Shown here in pieces: positions 9,455 through 19,329 of a stretch of DNA of 64,000 nucleotides; position 1 is the stretch's first letter, and each line of letters begins with the position of its first letter. Below the pieces are notes generated by a model. It did not search any database and was not told the origin of the DNA. It was given only the letters and a program-made list of their open reading frames with translations. Both the position numbers and the translations under genes were made by a program. This DNA is from an uncultured Actinomycetota bacterium (GTDB taxonomy: Bacteria > Actinomycetota > Geothermincolia > Geothermincolales > RBG-13-55-18): contig CAZGWK010000013.1 of NCBI GenBank assembly GCA_964529285.1, positions 4,468 through 68,467 on the forward strand, in the 5' to 3' direction.

Positions 9455-10222
9455 TTGGATGAGGATTGCATCAGGCGCGCCGCACAGATGATCCTGGAGT
9501 CGATCCAGGTGGTGGCGCTCACGGGAGCGGGTATATCCGTGGAATCCGGAATCCCTGACTTCCGTTCCCCTGGCGGCCTGTGGACCAAGTACGATCCCCT
9601 CCTGTACGGCACCTACGAGTCTTTTGTGAACCATCCCGAACGTTTCTGGGAGATGGCCAAGGAGCTCAACCCCACGCTGGAGAACGCCGAGCCGAACCCG
9701 GCCCATTACGCCCTCGCCGAACTCGAAAGCCTGGGAAAATGCAGGACGGTCATCACCCAGAACATAGACCATCTACACCAGCGTGCCGGCTCCAGCGACG
9801 TCCTCGAGCTCCACGGCACCCACCGTACCGGCCATTGCATGACTTGCAGCCGCGTCTTCAGCCTGGAGGAGATGAAGGAGCTCAGCGGGCACGGCGAATG
9901 CGTAGCCTGCTGTCCCGAGGACCAGGCTACCATCAAGCCGGACGTGGTCTTCTTCGGCGAACCGTTGAATTCAAAAGTCCTTTCGCGCGCCGCCGAACTG
10001 GCATCCACATCCGACCTGATGCTGGTGGTGGGCTGCAGCCTGGAGGTTTATCCGGCTGCCGCCCTTCCCGAATACACCAGACGCCGCAGAGGAAGGCTGA
10101 TATTCGTCAACACCGTGTCTACCTGTCACGATGACCAGGCGGACCTGGTCTGCCTGGGCAAAGCGGGTGAAGCCCTCCCCGCGATCGTGGATGCCTACAG
10201 GAAACTGTCCGCGAGGAGATGA
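9455..10222 (+). CDS. cobB: NAD-dependent protein deacylase, SIR2 family.
   Basis: GAGISVESGIPDFRSPGGLW and QNIDHLHQRAG motifs, and a CxxC...CxxC zinc module (HCMTCSRV...CVACC). The ORF begins at a TTG (9455) with an AGGTGA Shine-Dalgarno 6 nt upstream. Confidence 0.8.
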   Translation: MDEDCIRRAAQMILESIQVVALTGAGISVESGIPDFRSPGGLWTKYDPLLYGTYESFVNHPERFWEMAKELNPTLENAEPNPAHYALAELESLGKCRTVITQNIDHLHQRAGSSDVLELHGTHRTGHCMTCSRVFSLEEMKELSGHGECVACCPEDQATIKPDVVFFGEPLNSKVLSRAAELASTSDLMLVVGCSLEVYPAAALPEYTRRRRGRLIFVNTVSTCHDDQADLVCLGKAGEALPAIVDAYRKLSARR

Positions 10223-10413
10223 TCTAAGAGCGGTGGACAATGGCCGCCTGAAAGGCCAGCGACGGAAAGGGGGTTTTCAAGCGGTGCTTTTGTCTGCTTT
10301 TATTAAGGGAACGAATAATATAGAAGGGACCGTGACGGCAGCCGGCTAGTTTCAAACGGGAAACAGCACGATTGGTCTGGGCTCGGCTCGAGGCTCTTAA
10401 GGAGGATTTAAAC

Positions 10414-13335
10414 GTGCCAGAAGAAAAATTCCCATGGGATTCCCTTTTCAGGGGTGGGGGTGGAGACGGGGGAGAACTGCCCTCCATATTCCGCCGCAAG
10501 GAGGGCAAACAGCCCGCAGAGGGGTTCAAGGAGAGATGGGACAAGATCAAGCCCCGCACCAAGTGGATAGTGGGGATCGTTATCGTCGTGCTCGTCGTCA
10601 TCTTTCTCAGCGCGTCCTGGCTCTCTACCTTCTACACGGACCTGCTCTGGTACGACGAGGTGGGATATACCTCGGTATTCTGGAAGAGGATAGTCACCCA
10701 GATCTGGCTCTTCTTCGCCTTCGGCCTGCTCTTCTTCGTCATCCTTTACGCGAACATATGGCTGGCGCGGCGCTTCACGCCGCGCTACGAGAAGCCGGAG
10801 GGCAATATCTCGCCGATCGAGGAATCGATCGCCAACTTCCGCGAGTCGGCGGGCAAGTGGCTGGGCCGCGGCCTGATCATTCTCTCGGCATTGATCGCCT
10901 TCATCGTAGGTTGGGCATCCGCGGGGCAGTGGGAGAACGTCCTCAAGTTCTTCAATCACACCGCATTCGGGAAGGTGGATCCCATCTTCGGCAAAGACCT
11001 GGGCTATTACGTATTCGAATACCCGTTTCTGCGCTATTTCACGGGGTGGTTGTTCACCTCCCTTATCTTTATCCTGATCATCACGGCGGTGGTGCATTTC
11101 CTGTACGGAGCGATCAATTTCAATGCCGGTAAGGGCCAGCGCTTCGCGACGCACGTCAAGGTACACCTTTCGGTGCTGGCGGGTATCATCCTCCTCGTCC
11201 AGGCATGGCGCTTCCGCCTGGACATGCTGGGCCTGTTGTACTCGCCGCGCGGCACCGTCACGGGTGCCAGCTACACCGACGTGCATGCCCAGATCCCCGC
11301 CTACTGGATACTGATAGCGGCCTGCTTCATATGCGCCGCGCTGTTCATCCTCAACATACGTTACAAGGGATGGAAGCTCCCCGTGGCGGGGGTGGCGGGC
11401 ATCGTGATCGTCGCCCTTCTCGCAGGAGCGCTCTATCCCCTCATCATCCAGAACTACGTGGTAAATCCCAAGGAACTTTCACGGGAGAGTGAGTACATCG
11501 GTCATAATATCGAGTTCACCCAGGATGCCTACCGCATCCAGAACGAGGGCGAGGGCGCAACCATGGACGTGCGCGAGTTCCCCGCCGACCCCGACCTGAC
11601 ATATGACGGTATCGTAGCCAATGCGACGACCATCAATAACGTCCGGCTGTGGGATCCACGGCAGCTCAAGCAGGTCTTTATACAGCGACAGGAGCTGCGC
11701 CAGCTCTACGATTTCGGCGACGTGGACGTGGACCGCTACACGGTCTTCGACGGCGTGTACACGCAGATGATGGTCTCCGGCCGCGAGCTGGTCGTCGATC
11801 AGCTGCGCGAGGACGCGCAGACCTGGCAGAACACGCATCTGTCGTTCACGCACGGATACGGCTCGGTCATGGCCCCCTCCAACCAAGTCACCTTGCAGGG
11901 CGACCCGGAATTGCTCATCAGGAACATCCCGCCCGTATCCGAGCCTGGCCTGGGCGTGGAGATAGAACGGCCCGAGCTGTACTACGGGGAGATGACCCAG
12001 GATTACGTAGTGGTGCGCTCCGGGGCCGATGAGGTAGACTACCCGCTCGAGGACACCAACAAGCTCGTGGAGCCCTATTACGAGGGCGAGGGCGGCGTAC
12101 CCGTATCCAATTTCCTGAAGAGGCTGGCTTTCTCCATCCGCAACGCGGATATCACCTTCCTCTTCAGCGGTTACATAACCAGCGAGTCACGGCTCATGTT
12201 CCGCCGCAACGTTAAAGTCAGGGCGAGCGAGGTCGCGCCCTTCCTGACGCTGGATAACGATCCTTATCTCATGATCACCGAAGACGGGCGGCAGAAATGG
12301 ATAATAGACGCCTATACCACGAGCGACCTTTACCCCTATTCCGAACCCCTCGACCTGTACGATAAGAGGATCAATTACATCCGCAACTCGGTGAAGGTGG
12401 TCATAGATGCCTACGACGGCACTCTCACCTACTATCTCGTGGACCCGGACGACCCCGTAGCGGCGACGTACGGCAAGATATTCCCCGACCTCTTCACTCC
12501 CCTGGAGGAGATGCCCGAGGATATCAAGAGCCATCTGCGCTATCCCGAGGACCTCTTCTCCATCCAGATGGAGCAGTATAAGACCTACCACATAAACGAC
12601 GTGGACGCCTTCTACCAGAAGGAGGACGTATGGGAGGTCTCCACCGAGACCTACGACGTCAACCAGACCCAGCCCGTGACGCCTTACTACGTCATCCTCA
12701 AGCTGCCGGGCGAGGCGGAGGAAGAAATGGTGCTCATGCTGCCCTTCAACCCGCGCGGCAAGGACAACATGGTGGACTGGGTGGCGGCGCGCTGCGATTT
12801 CCCGGACTACGGTAACCTGATCAACTACACCTTCCCGCCGGGAACGCTGGTCAAGGGAACCCAGCAGTTCGAGGCCCTGGTGGACCAGCAGACGGAGATA
12901 TCGGAGCAGATAACCCTGTGGAGCCAGGCGGGCTCCAGGGTGATGCGGGGCAACACCCTGGTCATCCCCATAGAGGGGTCGCTGCTCTACATAGAGCCGT
13001 TATACCTTGAGGCCACCAACCCCGCCATCCCGCAGCTAAGGCGGGTGATAGTCGGCTTCGCCGACCGCATCGAGATGCGGGAAACGCTGGAGGAGGCGCT
13101 GGAAGCCATCTTCGGCACGGAGCCCGAGCCTGAGCCCGAGCCCGAGCCTGAGCCCGAGCCCGAGCCGGAAGCGGTTGGCGACGTGGCGCAGCTCGTGCAG
13201 CAGGCGAACCAGGTCTATGACGAGGCGCAGGCGGCACTGCGCAACGGAGACTGGACGACGTATGGGGCGAGGATAGACCAGCTCAGCCAGATACTGGACC
13301 AGTTGGCTGAACTCACATCTGAGCTGGCTCAATGA
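10414..13335 (+). CDS. UPF0182-family large polytopic membrane protein.
   Basis: YTDLLWYDEVGYTSVFWKRI, multiple TM helices and a large extracytoplasmic domain are typical of actinobacterial UPF0182 proteins. The start is set at the in-frame GTG at 10414, 7 nt after a strong TAAGGAGGA Shine-Dalgarno. The ORF-track ATG at 10372 has no Shine-Dalgarno. The C-terminus carries an (EP)8 tract. Confidence 0.8.
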   Translation: MPEEKFPWDSLFRGGGGDGGELPSIFRRKEGKQPAEGFKERWDKIKPRTKWIVGIVIVVLVVIFLSASWLSTFYTDLLWYDEVGYTSVFWKRIVTQIWLFFAFGLLFFVILYANIWLARRFTPRYEKPEGNISPIEESIANFRESAGKWLGRGLIILSALIAFIVGWASAGQWENVLKFFNHTAFGKVDPIFGKDLGYYVFEYPFLRYFTGWLFTSLIFILIITAVVHFLYGAINFNAGKGQRFATHVKVHLSVLAGIILLVQAWRFRLDMLGLLYSPRGTVTGASYTDVHAQIPAYWILIAACFICAALFILNIRYKGWKLPVAGVAGIVIVALLAGALYPLIIQNYVVNPKELSRESEYIGHNIEFTQDAYRIQNEGEGATMDVREFPADPDLTYDGIVANATTINNVRLWDPRQLKQVFIQRQELRQLYDFGDVDVDRYTVFDGVYTQMMVSGRELVVDQLREDAQTWQNTHLSFTHGYGSVMAPSNQVTLQGDPELLIRNIPPVSEPGLGVEIERPELYYGEMTQDYVVVRSGADEVDYPLEDTNKLVEPYYEGEGGVPVSNFLKRLAFSIRNADITFLFSGYITSESRLMFRRNVKVRASEVAPFLTLDNDPYLMITEDGRQKWIIDAYTTSDLYPYSEPLDLYDKRINYIRNSVKVVIDAYDGTLTYYLVDPDDPVAATYGKIFPDLFTPLEEMPEDIKSHLRYPEDLFSIQMEQYKTYHINDVDAFYQKEDVWEVSTETYDVNQTQPVTPYYVILKLPGEAEEEMVLMLPFNPRGKDNMVDWVAARCDFPDYGNLINYTFPPGTLVKGTQQFEALVDQQTEISEQITLWSQAGSRVMRGNTLVIPIEGSLLYIEPLYLEATNPAIPQLRRVIVGFADRIEMRETLEEALEAIFGTEPEPEPEPEPEPEPEPEAVGDVAQLVQQANQVYDEAQAALRNGDWTTYGARIDQLSQILDQLAELTSELAQ
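13120..13167 (+). repeat. Hexanucleotide tandem repeat (GAGCC[CT])x8 encoding (Glu-Pro)8.
   Basis: GAGCCCGAGCCTGAGCCCGAGCCCGAGCCTGAGCCCGAGCCCGAGCCG, read directly in the UPF0182 C-terminal coding region. Confidence 0.8.
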
Positions 13336-13406
13336 TCCGGAAGGCCCGCGCCTAGAGGAGACCGCACCACCCTCCAGGGTGCAGGGGCCGGAGGTGGCTG
13401 CGAAGC

Positions 13407-14507
13407 ATGGCTCTGTGCAAGTGTAAGCAGTGTGGCCTTCCGCTGCGTTTGTCACAAGGATATATCTGGCCTGGCAACGGCGTCATACTCGCGCGCCAGG
13501 ATCCCTCCACGCGCATGGTGATATTCGAGTCCGACTATAACGTATACGTATGGAACGAACTCGAGGAGCGCCTGGGGGTGAGCATTTCGGACACCATGAT
13601 CCGCGGGCAAAAAGCCTCTAACCAGGATTATCTCGACAACCATATTCTCTACGGATGGCGCAAGTATGCGCTGCAGCACATACCCTTGCGCTTTATGTTC
13701 GAGCGCATCGCCAACGACCTGTCCCTCTTCGGGTTCGGCAGCCTCGAACTCCTCGCGTACCGCAAGAAGAAGACGCTGGTGATGAAGGTCAAGCACCCCT
13801 TCGACGTCATCTCCATAGCCTGGGGGGCCAAAGGGGTCTTCGAGCTCGCGGAGAACATGGGCTCGGAGGTGGCATGGATAACTGAAGGAGAGGAAACCAT
13901 ATTCACCATACAGTTCGTGCCCGGTAAAAAGTACACGAAGGAGACGGACCTGGAGGCGATGCGCCTGTTAAGGGATGCTAAGAGGGAGCTCTCCCTGGCA
14001 GGCAGATTGCTGCCCCCACAGGGCGACAGGGGCGAGCCCTGCCCTTCCTGCGGTCTCCCGGCCGCCCTTACGGAGCTGGAGTGGAGGGAGGATGAAGGGA
14101 CCATACGCAGAAGCGACAGCGGCAGGAGGTACATCTTCACCAGCGGGCACATCTTCCTCGCTATCATCCGCGACCTCGAGAGAAGCTCCGGCAGGGATGT
14201 TGAATCAATAATCACGCAGATAACCAGGGGTTACCATCTGCGGGGCCTCAAGGGCATCAACATCCACAGCAGAAAAGGGGCATACCGTGCGGCGGCCAGA
14301 TACCTTTTCGCCGGTGGTTTTGGCGAGGTAAAGAGATTCAACTGCGGAGAGGGGTACCTGGAGATGACCATCGTAAACCCATTCTATATACCCAGGCTGG
14401 TAGGCCGCATAGCCGGTCTCTTCGAATACGTGGAGGATCAGGAGGCGGATATCGATTACCGTCTCCCCGATGCCAATGTGCTCGAGCTGGAGATAAGGGC
14501 TACTTGA
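13407..14507 (+). CDS. Uncharacterized protein with a split zinc ribbon (N-terminal CKQCG plus a CPSCG ~200 aa downstream). Paralog of CDS 43016-44050.
   Basis: MALCKCKQCGLP at the N-terminus and CPSCGLPAALTELEWRE in the second half. CDS 43016-44050 has the same architecture and collinear motifs (CRDCGVP / CPVCGMPGELSSFRWEP). I recognise no enzymatic motif. The middle region resembles a V4R-like small-molecule-binding fold, which is speculative. Confidence 0.6.
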   Translation: MALCKCKQCGLPLRLSQGYIWPGNGVILARQDPSTRMVIFESDYNVYVWNELEERLGVSISDTMIRGQKASNQDYLDNHILYGWRKYALQHIPLRFMFERIANDLSLFGFGSLELLAYRKKKTLVMKVKHPFDVISIAWGAKGVFELAENMGSEVAWITEGEETIFTIQFVPGKKYTKETDLEAMRLLRDAKRELSLAGRLLPPQGDRGEPCPSCGLPAALTELEWREDEGTIRRSDSGRRYIFTSGHIFLAIIRDLERSSGRDVESIITQITRGYHLRGLKGINIHSRKGAYRAAARYLFAGGFGEVKRFNCGEGYLEMTIVNPFYIPRLVGRIAGLFEYVEDQEADIDYRLPDANVLELEIRAT

Positions 14508-14513
14508 TGATTT

Positions 14514-15233
14514 TTATTCCATCTCCTCGACGGGGGTGAAGCCTTTGAGCTGGGCGCGCACGATCAGGCGCAGCGTCGCATCTCCCTCCGGCGCGCAGGT
14601 AGTGAGGGTAAGGATGGCGTCCTCCGTCTGCAGGGTCACGTTCTCGATAGGATCTATGTAGCGGAGCTCATATACCTGGTATTCGTAAAGGCCCCGCGGG
14701 TTCTCGATATATATAACCTCTCCCGGCTCGAGTTCGTCCAGGTGGTTGAAGGGTTTTGTCTTGGTGGTGCGGTGGCCGGAAATGACGCAGTTGCCGGGAC
14801 AACCCGGAAAGCCGGTGTGGGGAAGATGTACCGGCCCCATGGAGAGTATGGTATACAGCTCCTCCTCGTAGTCGCTTCCCTCCCTGACCTCCTCATCTAT
14901 TTCTACCGCGGGGATACGCAAATAGGCGGGTGTCTCGAAGGAGAGGGGAGGGCCGAGGACCTCGTCGTGGGTAAGGGGCTCGAACTCCTCGGCCGCCCTT
15001 GCCTGCTCTTCGCTCGCCTGCGCGGAATCCCGGCGCAAGCGGTCGTAGAGCACGGGCCCCAGGAGAGCCAGGGCGATCAGGATGGCTACGCTCAGTGCGA
15101 TGGCCAGGACGGCTCCTTTTCTGCCTTTCAAGTTCCGACGCCCTCCGTTCAATATGGACGCTATCTTTTTCTCGCCGAGAGAGAAATACGGCCGCCTGCG
15201 GACCCGGCCGGGCTGTTTTCCCCCTGCAGCCAC
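14514..15233 (-). CDS. Sortase (class E-like), membrane-anchored.
   Basis: An N-terminal TM anchor, the His motif GNCVISGHRTT, and the active-site TLTTC motif with a downstream Arg (TLRLIVRAQ). Confidence 0.75.
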   Translation of the reverse strand: MAAGGKQPGRVRRRPYFSLGEKKIASILNGGRRNLKGRKGAVLAIALSVAILIALALLGPVLYDRLRRDSAQASEEQARAAEEFEPLTHDEVLGPPLSFETPAYLRIPAVEIDEEVREGSDYEEELYTILSMGPVHLPHTGFPGCPGNCVISGHRTTKTKPFNHLDELEPGEVIYIENPRGLYEYQVYELRYIDPIENVTLQTEDAILTLTTCAPEGDATLRLIVRAQLKGFTPVEEME

Positions 15234-15415
15234 TCCGTGCCGCTTAGCCTCCTGTTAAAAATTGTATACGTTCGTTGTTCGTGTTGACAACGTTATCGCG
15301 CGGAAAGGGACCAGCGGGGGCGCTTGCGCTGCACGGGCCCTTCCTTTACATTTACACCGCTTGCTGTTACATATAGTAATAGAACTTTGAAAAGCGATAA
15401 TAAGTTCTTAAGCGG

Positions 15416-15492
<77 letters not shown>

Positions 15493-15502
15493 GCGCATAC
15501 CA

Positions 15503-15533
15503 GGCCGGAGGGTAATCCCTCCGGCCTGTTCGT
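15503..15533. terminator. Bidirectional intrinsic terminator: 10-bp perfect stem, TAAT loop.
   Basis: GGCCGGAGGG-taat-CCCTCCGGCC followed by TGTTCGT. It sits 10 nt after the tRNA and 49 nt beyond the stop of the convergent MCP gene. Confidence 0.6.
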
Positions 15534-15581
15534 AGGACCTGTTTACCTTTGTGGCGCAAATACAATGCCCGGCTCCGGTCG

Positions 15582-16892
15582 TCAATTCGTGCTCTCGCTG
15601 GCCGGGGTGTACATGGACAAGAGGCCGTGCAGGCTCCTGGACATCTCGTCCAGATCGTGCATGAGAGCGGCTATCTCCTGCACGGAACCGGCCTGTTCCT
15701 GCACCGATGCCGCAACCTCCTGCATGTTTGCGGCCACATCCTCGGAGAGCAAGGTTATGGCGCTCAAGACCCCGGATATTCTTTCGTTGCTCGGCCCCAT
15801 GGCCCCGGCAGCCTCGCCGATAGATTCGATGAAGTGGCCTATCCTTAGCGATACGTCGTTTATCTCCGCCAGCATGGCCTGGGCTTCCGCAGCGACGTTC
15901 GTGCCGTCTTCCACGCGTCCGATGCTCTCCTGCATGGCTTTTGTTGCCTCGCCCACGTAACGTTCTATCTCTCTTATCAGACTTTCTATCTTCCCCGCAG
16001 CCTCCGCGGAGCCGTCCGCCAGCCTTCCCACCTCGCTGGCGACGATGGAAAAACCGCGGCCGTGTTCTCCCGCCCTCGCTGCCTCGATGGCCGCGTTCAA
16101 GGCGAGCAGCCTCGTCTCGTCTGCTATGGAGGTGATGACTTCCACGATCATCCCGATCTCCTCCGACCTCTCGTCGAGGCTCTCTATGAGGCCGGCGAGC
16201 AGGCCTGTCGCGCTCCTGATCTCCGCCATTTTCTCCGCGACACGCTCCACGGTGGCCGTCCCCCTTCCCACGGTCTGCATGACCTTTTGCGAGAAGTCCA
16301 GGGATTGCCCGGCCGCCTTCTCTACTAGCTTGATGTTATCCAGGATCTCGCCGGTGGCGATCTCGACCCCCGAGACGCTGTTCAACTGGTCCTCCGCTTT
16401 CGAGGTCAGGTCTACCAGGGTCCTGGTTATCTCCTGAAGGGTGACGTTGCTGGCGTCGGTGATGTGCAGGAGGGTCTCGCTCGAACCCGCGAGGTTGCCG
16501 GACGTGTCCCTGGTCTGCGACAGGAAGGTGGCCAGCGCGGTGCTGAGCTCGTTCATGGTCTCGATGGCGCTGCGCAGGAGCCCCGCCCCCTCCACCTCTT
16601 CTATGGTATGGAAATTATTGTCCTTGAGTTCACTTGCGAAGGCGTTTATGAACACCATCGGCTTGATATAGGTCTTGGAAGCGTATGCCACTGCGGCGAA
16701 AGAAGCCACCATCACCGTAAGCGCTCCGGTCAGTCCGCCTACCAGGTAGGGGTTTATACCTGTATTCGCTGCCAGCCAGGCAGTCAGGATAATGCCGCCG
16801 ACTCCCGGCGGCATGGCGAGAAGCAATACCTTACCGTAGAGCAGTAAGGCCTCTTTTCTGTACCTCTTGCGTGTTTTTTCGCGTATGTACAA
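15582..16892 (-). CDS. Methyl-accepting chemotaxis protein.
   Basis: Two N-terminal TM helices and the highly conserved MCP signalling-domain core [31 protein letters not shown]. Confidence 0.85.
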   Translation of the reverse strand: MYIREKTRKRYRKEALLLYGKVLLLAMPPGVGGIILTAWLAANTGINPYLVGGLTGALTVMVASFAAVAYASKTYIKPMVFINAFASELKDNNFHTIEEVEGAGLLRSAIETMNELSTALATFLSQTRDTSGNLAGSSETLLHITDASNVTLQEITRTLVDLTSKAEDQLNSVSGVEIATGEILDNIKLVEKAAGQSLDFSQKVMQTVGRGTATVERVAEKMAEIRSATGLLAGLIESLDERSEEIGMIVEVITSIADETRLLALNAAIEAARAGEHGRGFSIVASEVGRLADGSAEAAGKIESLIREIERYVGEATKAMQESIGRVEDGTNVAAEAQAMLAEINDVSLRIGHFIESIGEAAGAMGPSNERISGVLSAITLLSEDVAANMQEVAASVQEQAGSVQEIAALMHDLDEMSRSLHGLLSMYTPASESTN

Positions 16893-17037
16893 TCTGTCGC
16901 GCCCCTCGATTCGAAGGAATTATTCACTAATATCGGCATAGCATGCCGCAACTTGAAGCGGCAGTTCTCGGAAAAGAGCGGCGTTTGTGGTTGAATATAA
17001 ACGTGGTATTTCGGCTGCTGCGAAGGGAGGTCATACC

Positions 17038-17259
17038 ATGTCCTGTTATTTCCGGCACATGGCCGATGTCTTCGCGGAGGCTGGATTAGACCTGGATGAG
17101 GTCAAGGCGGATAAGGCGAAGAAGAAGGAAATCGACGAGAAGATCCACGCGCTGGTGGGAGTGGAGTACAAAGACTGCTCTCCGACGTGGAAAAGGGTGA
17201 AGGAGATGCTGGCCGACGACGAGGGCCGCGCTAAGCTGGTCAGGGCACTGAGATCCTGA
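17038..17259 (+). CDS. Small hypothetical protein (73 aa), Lys/Glu-rich.
   Basis: The ATG at 17038 lies 7 nt after a strong GAAGGGAGG Shine-Dalgarno. The ORF-track GTG at 16987 has none. I recognise no family. The lysine/acidic-rich helix-like sequence is MSCYFRHMADVFAEAGLDLDEVKADKAKKKEIDEKIH... Confidence 0.45.
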   Translation: MSCYFRHMADVFAEAGLDLDEVKADKAKKKEIDEKIHALVGVEYKDCSPTWKRVKEMLADDEGRAKLVRALRS

Positions 17260-17286
17260 GCGGGAGGAGCGATCGGAGGAGGGGGC

Positions 17287-18078
17287 ATGGGTTCAGAGGC
17301 TTTCATCGTAGAGATAGAGGACGGCGTCGCACGCTGCAGCATGAACCGCTCCGAGGATATGAACGCCCTCAGCGTGGAGCTGGGTTATCCCATGGCGGAG
17401 GGGCTTACCAGGGTGCTCGACGACGACGGCGTGAGGGTGATCGTGCTGCGCGGTGAGGGCGGACATTTCTGCTCCGGGGCGGACCTGAGCCTGCTGGGAG
17501 AGAACCTGGACCCTACCTTCCTCAACGAGAGCATGAGGACCATATCCGCCATCATCCTCAGGCTCTACGAGGGACCGAAGCCGGTCATCACCGAGGTGGA
17601 CGGCTTCGCCGTGGGGGGCGGTCTGGGGTTCGCCCTGGCCTCGGACATAACCTATGCGACGGAGAGGGCCCTCTTCTGCATGGGCTTCATCAGGATAGCC
17701 GCCGTGCCGGACATGGGATCTTCCTATTTCCTTGCCGAGAGGGTCGGCGTGGCCAGGGCCAAAGAGATGGCTTTCACCGGCGATATCGTGGATGCGGCCG
17801 AAGCCCTGCGCATCGGCATGGTCAACAGGGTCGTGGAACACGAAAAGATATCGCAGGAAGTGATGGAGCTGGCGGGACGGATAGCGAGGCGGTCACCGAC
17901 CGCCCTGGCTTCCACCAAACGCATGCTGAACCGATATCATCTGGTGGAGCTGCAGACTGCGTTGAGCATGGAAAACCACGCCCAGCCCGTCTCGCTCCTG
18001 TGCGAGGAACACCGCGCCGCCATTAAAAAGATCCTCGATCGCTGGGAAAGGGGGCTGGGCGCACGCGGCGCCGATTGA
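17287..18078 (+). CDS. Enoyl-CoA hydratase/isomerase (crotonase family).
   Basis: The crotonase oxyanion-hole region GEGGHFCSGADLS, a ~260-aa length, and a second conserved block ITEVDGFAVGGGLGFALASD. Confidence 0.8.
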   Translation: MGSEAFIVEIEDGVARCSMNRSEDMNALSVELGYPMAEGLTRVLDDDGVRVIVLRGEGGHFCSGADLSLLGENLDPTFLNESMRTISAIILRLYEGPKPVITEVDGFAVGGGLGFALASDITYATERALFCMGFIRIAAVPDMGSSYFLAERVGVARAKEMAFTGDIVDAAEALRIGMVNRVVEHEKISQEVMELAGRIARRSPTALASTKRMLNRYHLVELQTALSMENHAQPVSLLCEEHRAAIKKILDRWERGLGARGAD

Positions 18079-18130
18079 TGCAGCCTGACCATTCCCAAGC
18101 ATGTTCGAGCCTTCGGGTGGGTATCTGCTT

Positions 18131-18157
18131 ATAGAGAGGATATCTATAGAGGATATC
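18131..18157 (+). promoter_or_regulatory. Direct repeat of (A)TAGAGGATATC, two copies 13 nt apart, each containing a GATATC palindrome, ~75 nt upstream of pfkA.
   Basis: atagAGAGGATATC / tatAGAGGATATC at 18135-18144 and 18148-18157. Confidence 0.3.
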
Positions 18158-18231
18158 GAGACGCCGCAACGCATCGCGAAGGTATATAGTACGATAATAG
18201 GAGAGCGACGGGAAAAGAAAGGTGGGACAGC

Positions 18232-19257
18232 ATGAGGGTGGCCTTGCTTACCGGCGGCGGAGACTCCTCCGCCATCAACGCCGCCATCCGCGCCGTGGTC
18301 TGCAAGGCCCTCTCCGAGGGTTTTGAGATCATCGGCATCAAGCGGGGATGGAGGGGGCTGGTGTACGATGAAGTAGAGCCGCTGTTTCGCGGTTCCGTAT
18401 CCGGCATCATACAGAGGGGCGGCACCATCCTCGGCACCTCCCGCCACAATCCTTTCAAGACGGAGAGCGGGCTGGAGAACATCATGTCCAACCTACGCAA
18501 GCACGGCATAGATGCGATCATAGCCATGGGTGGGGACGACACCAACGGCGTCGCTCACCGCCTGGCGGACTACGGCGTTAAATGCGTCGGCGTGCCCCAG
18601 ACCATAGACAACGACCTGCGGGGGACGGATTACTCCATAGGCTTTGATACGGCGGTAGCGGTCGCGACCGACGCCTTGGACAAGCTGCACACCACGGCGT
18701 TCTCGCACCACCGCATCATGGTCCTGGAGGTGATGGGAAGGGACGCGGGATGGATAGCGCTTATCTCCGGCATAGCTGGGGGAGCGGACGTCATCCTCAT
18801 ACCGGAAGTGCCCTTCACCCTGGAGGAGGTCATCGCGCGCATCGAGAAGCGCCACAAGGCCAACAAGCACTTCTCCATCATCGTGGTGTCGGAGGGCGCC
18901 AAGCCGGCGGGACAGGAGGAGCAGTTCGTGCAGGACCAGAAGAAGGACCCCTTCGGGCACGTGAGGCTGGGGGGCATCGGCAACTGGCTGGCCGACCGGA
19001 TCGAGGAAATGACCGCCTACGAGACGCGCGTTACCCACCTAGGCCACCTGCAGAGAGGCGGGGTGCCAACCGTTTTCGACCGCGTGCTGGCTACCCGCCT
19101 GGGGGCTTATGCGGTGGATATGATAAAGCAGGGTGATTTCGACCACATGGCCTGCATGAGCGCGGGCGAGGTGATCTCCGTCCCTTACGACGAGATCGTA
19201 GGGGAGGTCAAGCAGGTGGACCTCAGGATCTACGAGCTCTCCAAGCTGTTCTTGTGA
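18232..19257 (+). CDS. pfkA: 6-phosphofructokinase (ATP- or PPi-dependent PFK family).
   Basis: MRVALLTGGGDSSAINAAIRAVV, GGDDTNGVA, PQTIDNDL and MGRDAGWIAL are canonical PFK motifs. A Shine-Dalgarno GAAAGGTGGG precedes the ATG. Confidence 0.85.
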   Translation: MRVALLTGGGDSSAINAAIRAVVCKALSEGFEIIGIKRGWRGLVYDEVEPLFRGSVSGIIQRGGTILGTSRHNPFKTESGLENIMSNLRKHGIDAIIAMGGDDTNGVAHRLADYGVKCVGVPQTIDNDLRGTDYSIGFDTAVAVATDALDKLHTTAFSHHRIMVLEVMGRDAGWIALISGIAGGADVILIPEVPFTLEEVIARIEKRHKANKHFSIIVVSEGAKPAGQEEQFVQDQKKDPFGHVRLGGIGNWLADRIEEMTAYETRVTHLGHLQRGGVPTVFDRVLATRLGAYAVDMIKQGDFDHMACMSAGEVISVPYDEIVGEVKQVDLRIYELSKLFL

Positions 19258-19300
19258 AGTAATAATCCGCCTTTCATAACTCGTGATTCAGCATTGAGGC

Positions 19301-19329
19301 TTGACATAGATAATGCATAATGATAATAT
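19301..19329 (+). promoter_or_regulatory. Sigma-70-type promoter with consensus -35 TTGACA, a 17-nt spacer and -10 TAATAT, in an AT-rich island upstream of the TetR-led operon.
   Basis: TTGACA (19301-19306), a 17-nt spacer, then TAATAT (19324-19329). The surrounding ~110 nt are far more AT-rich than the rest of the window. Confidence 0.55.
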
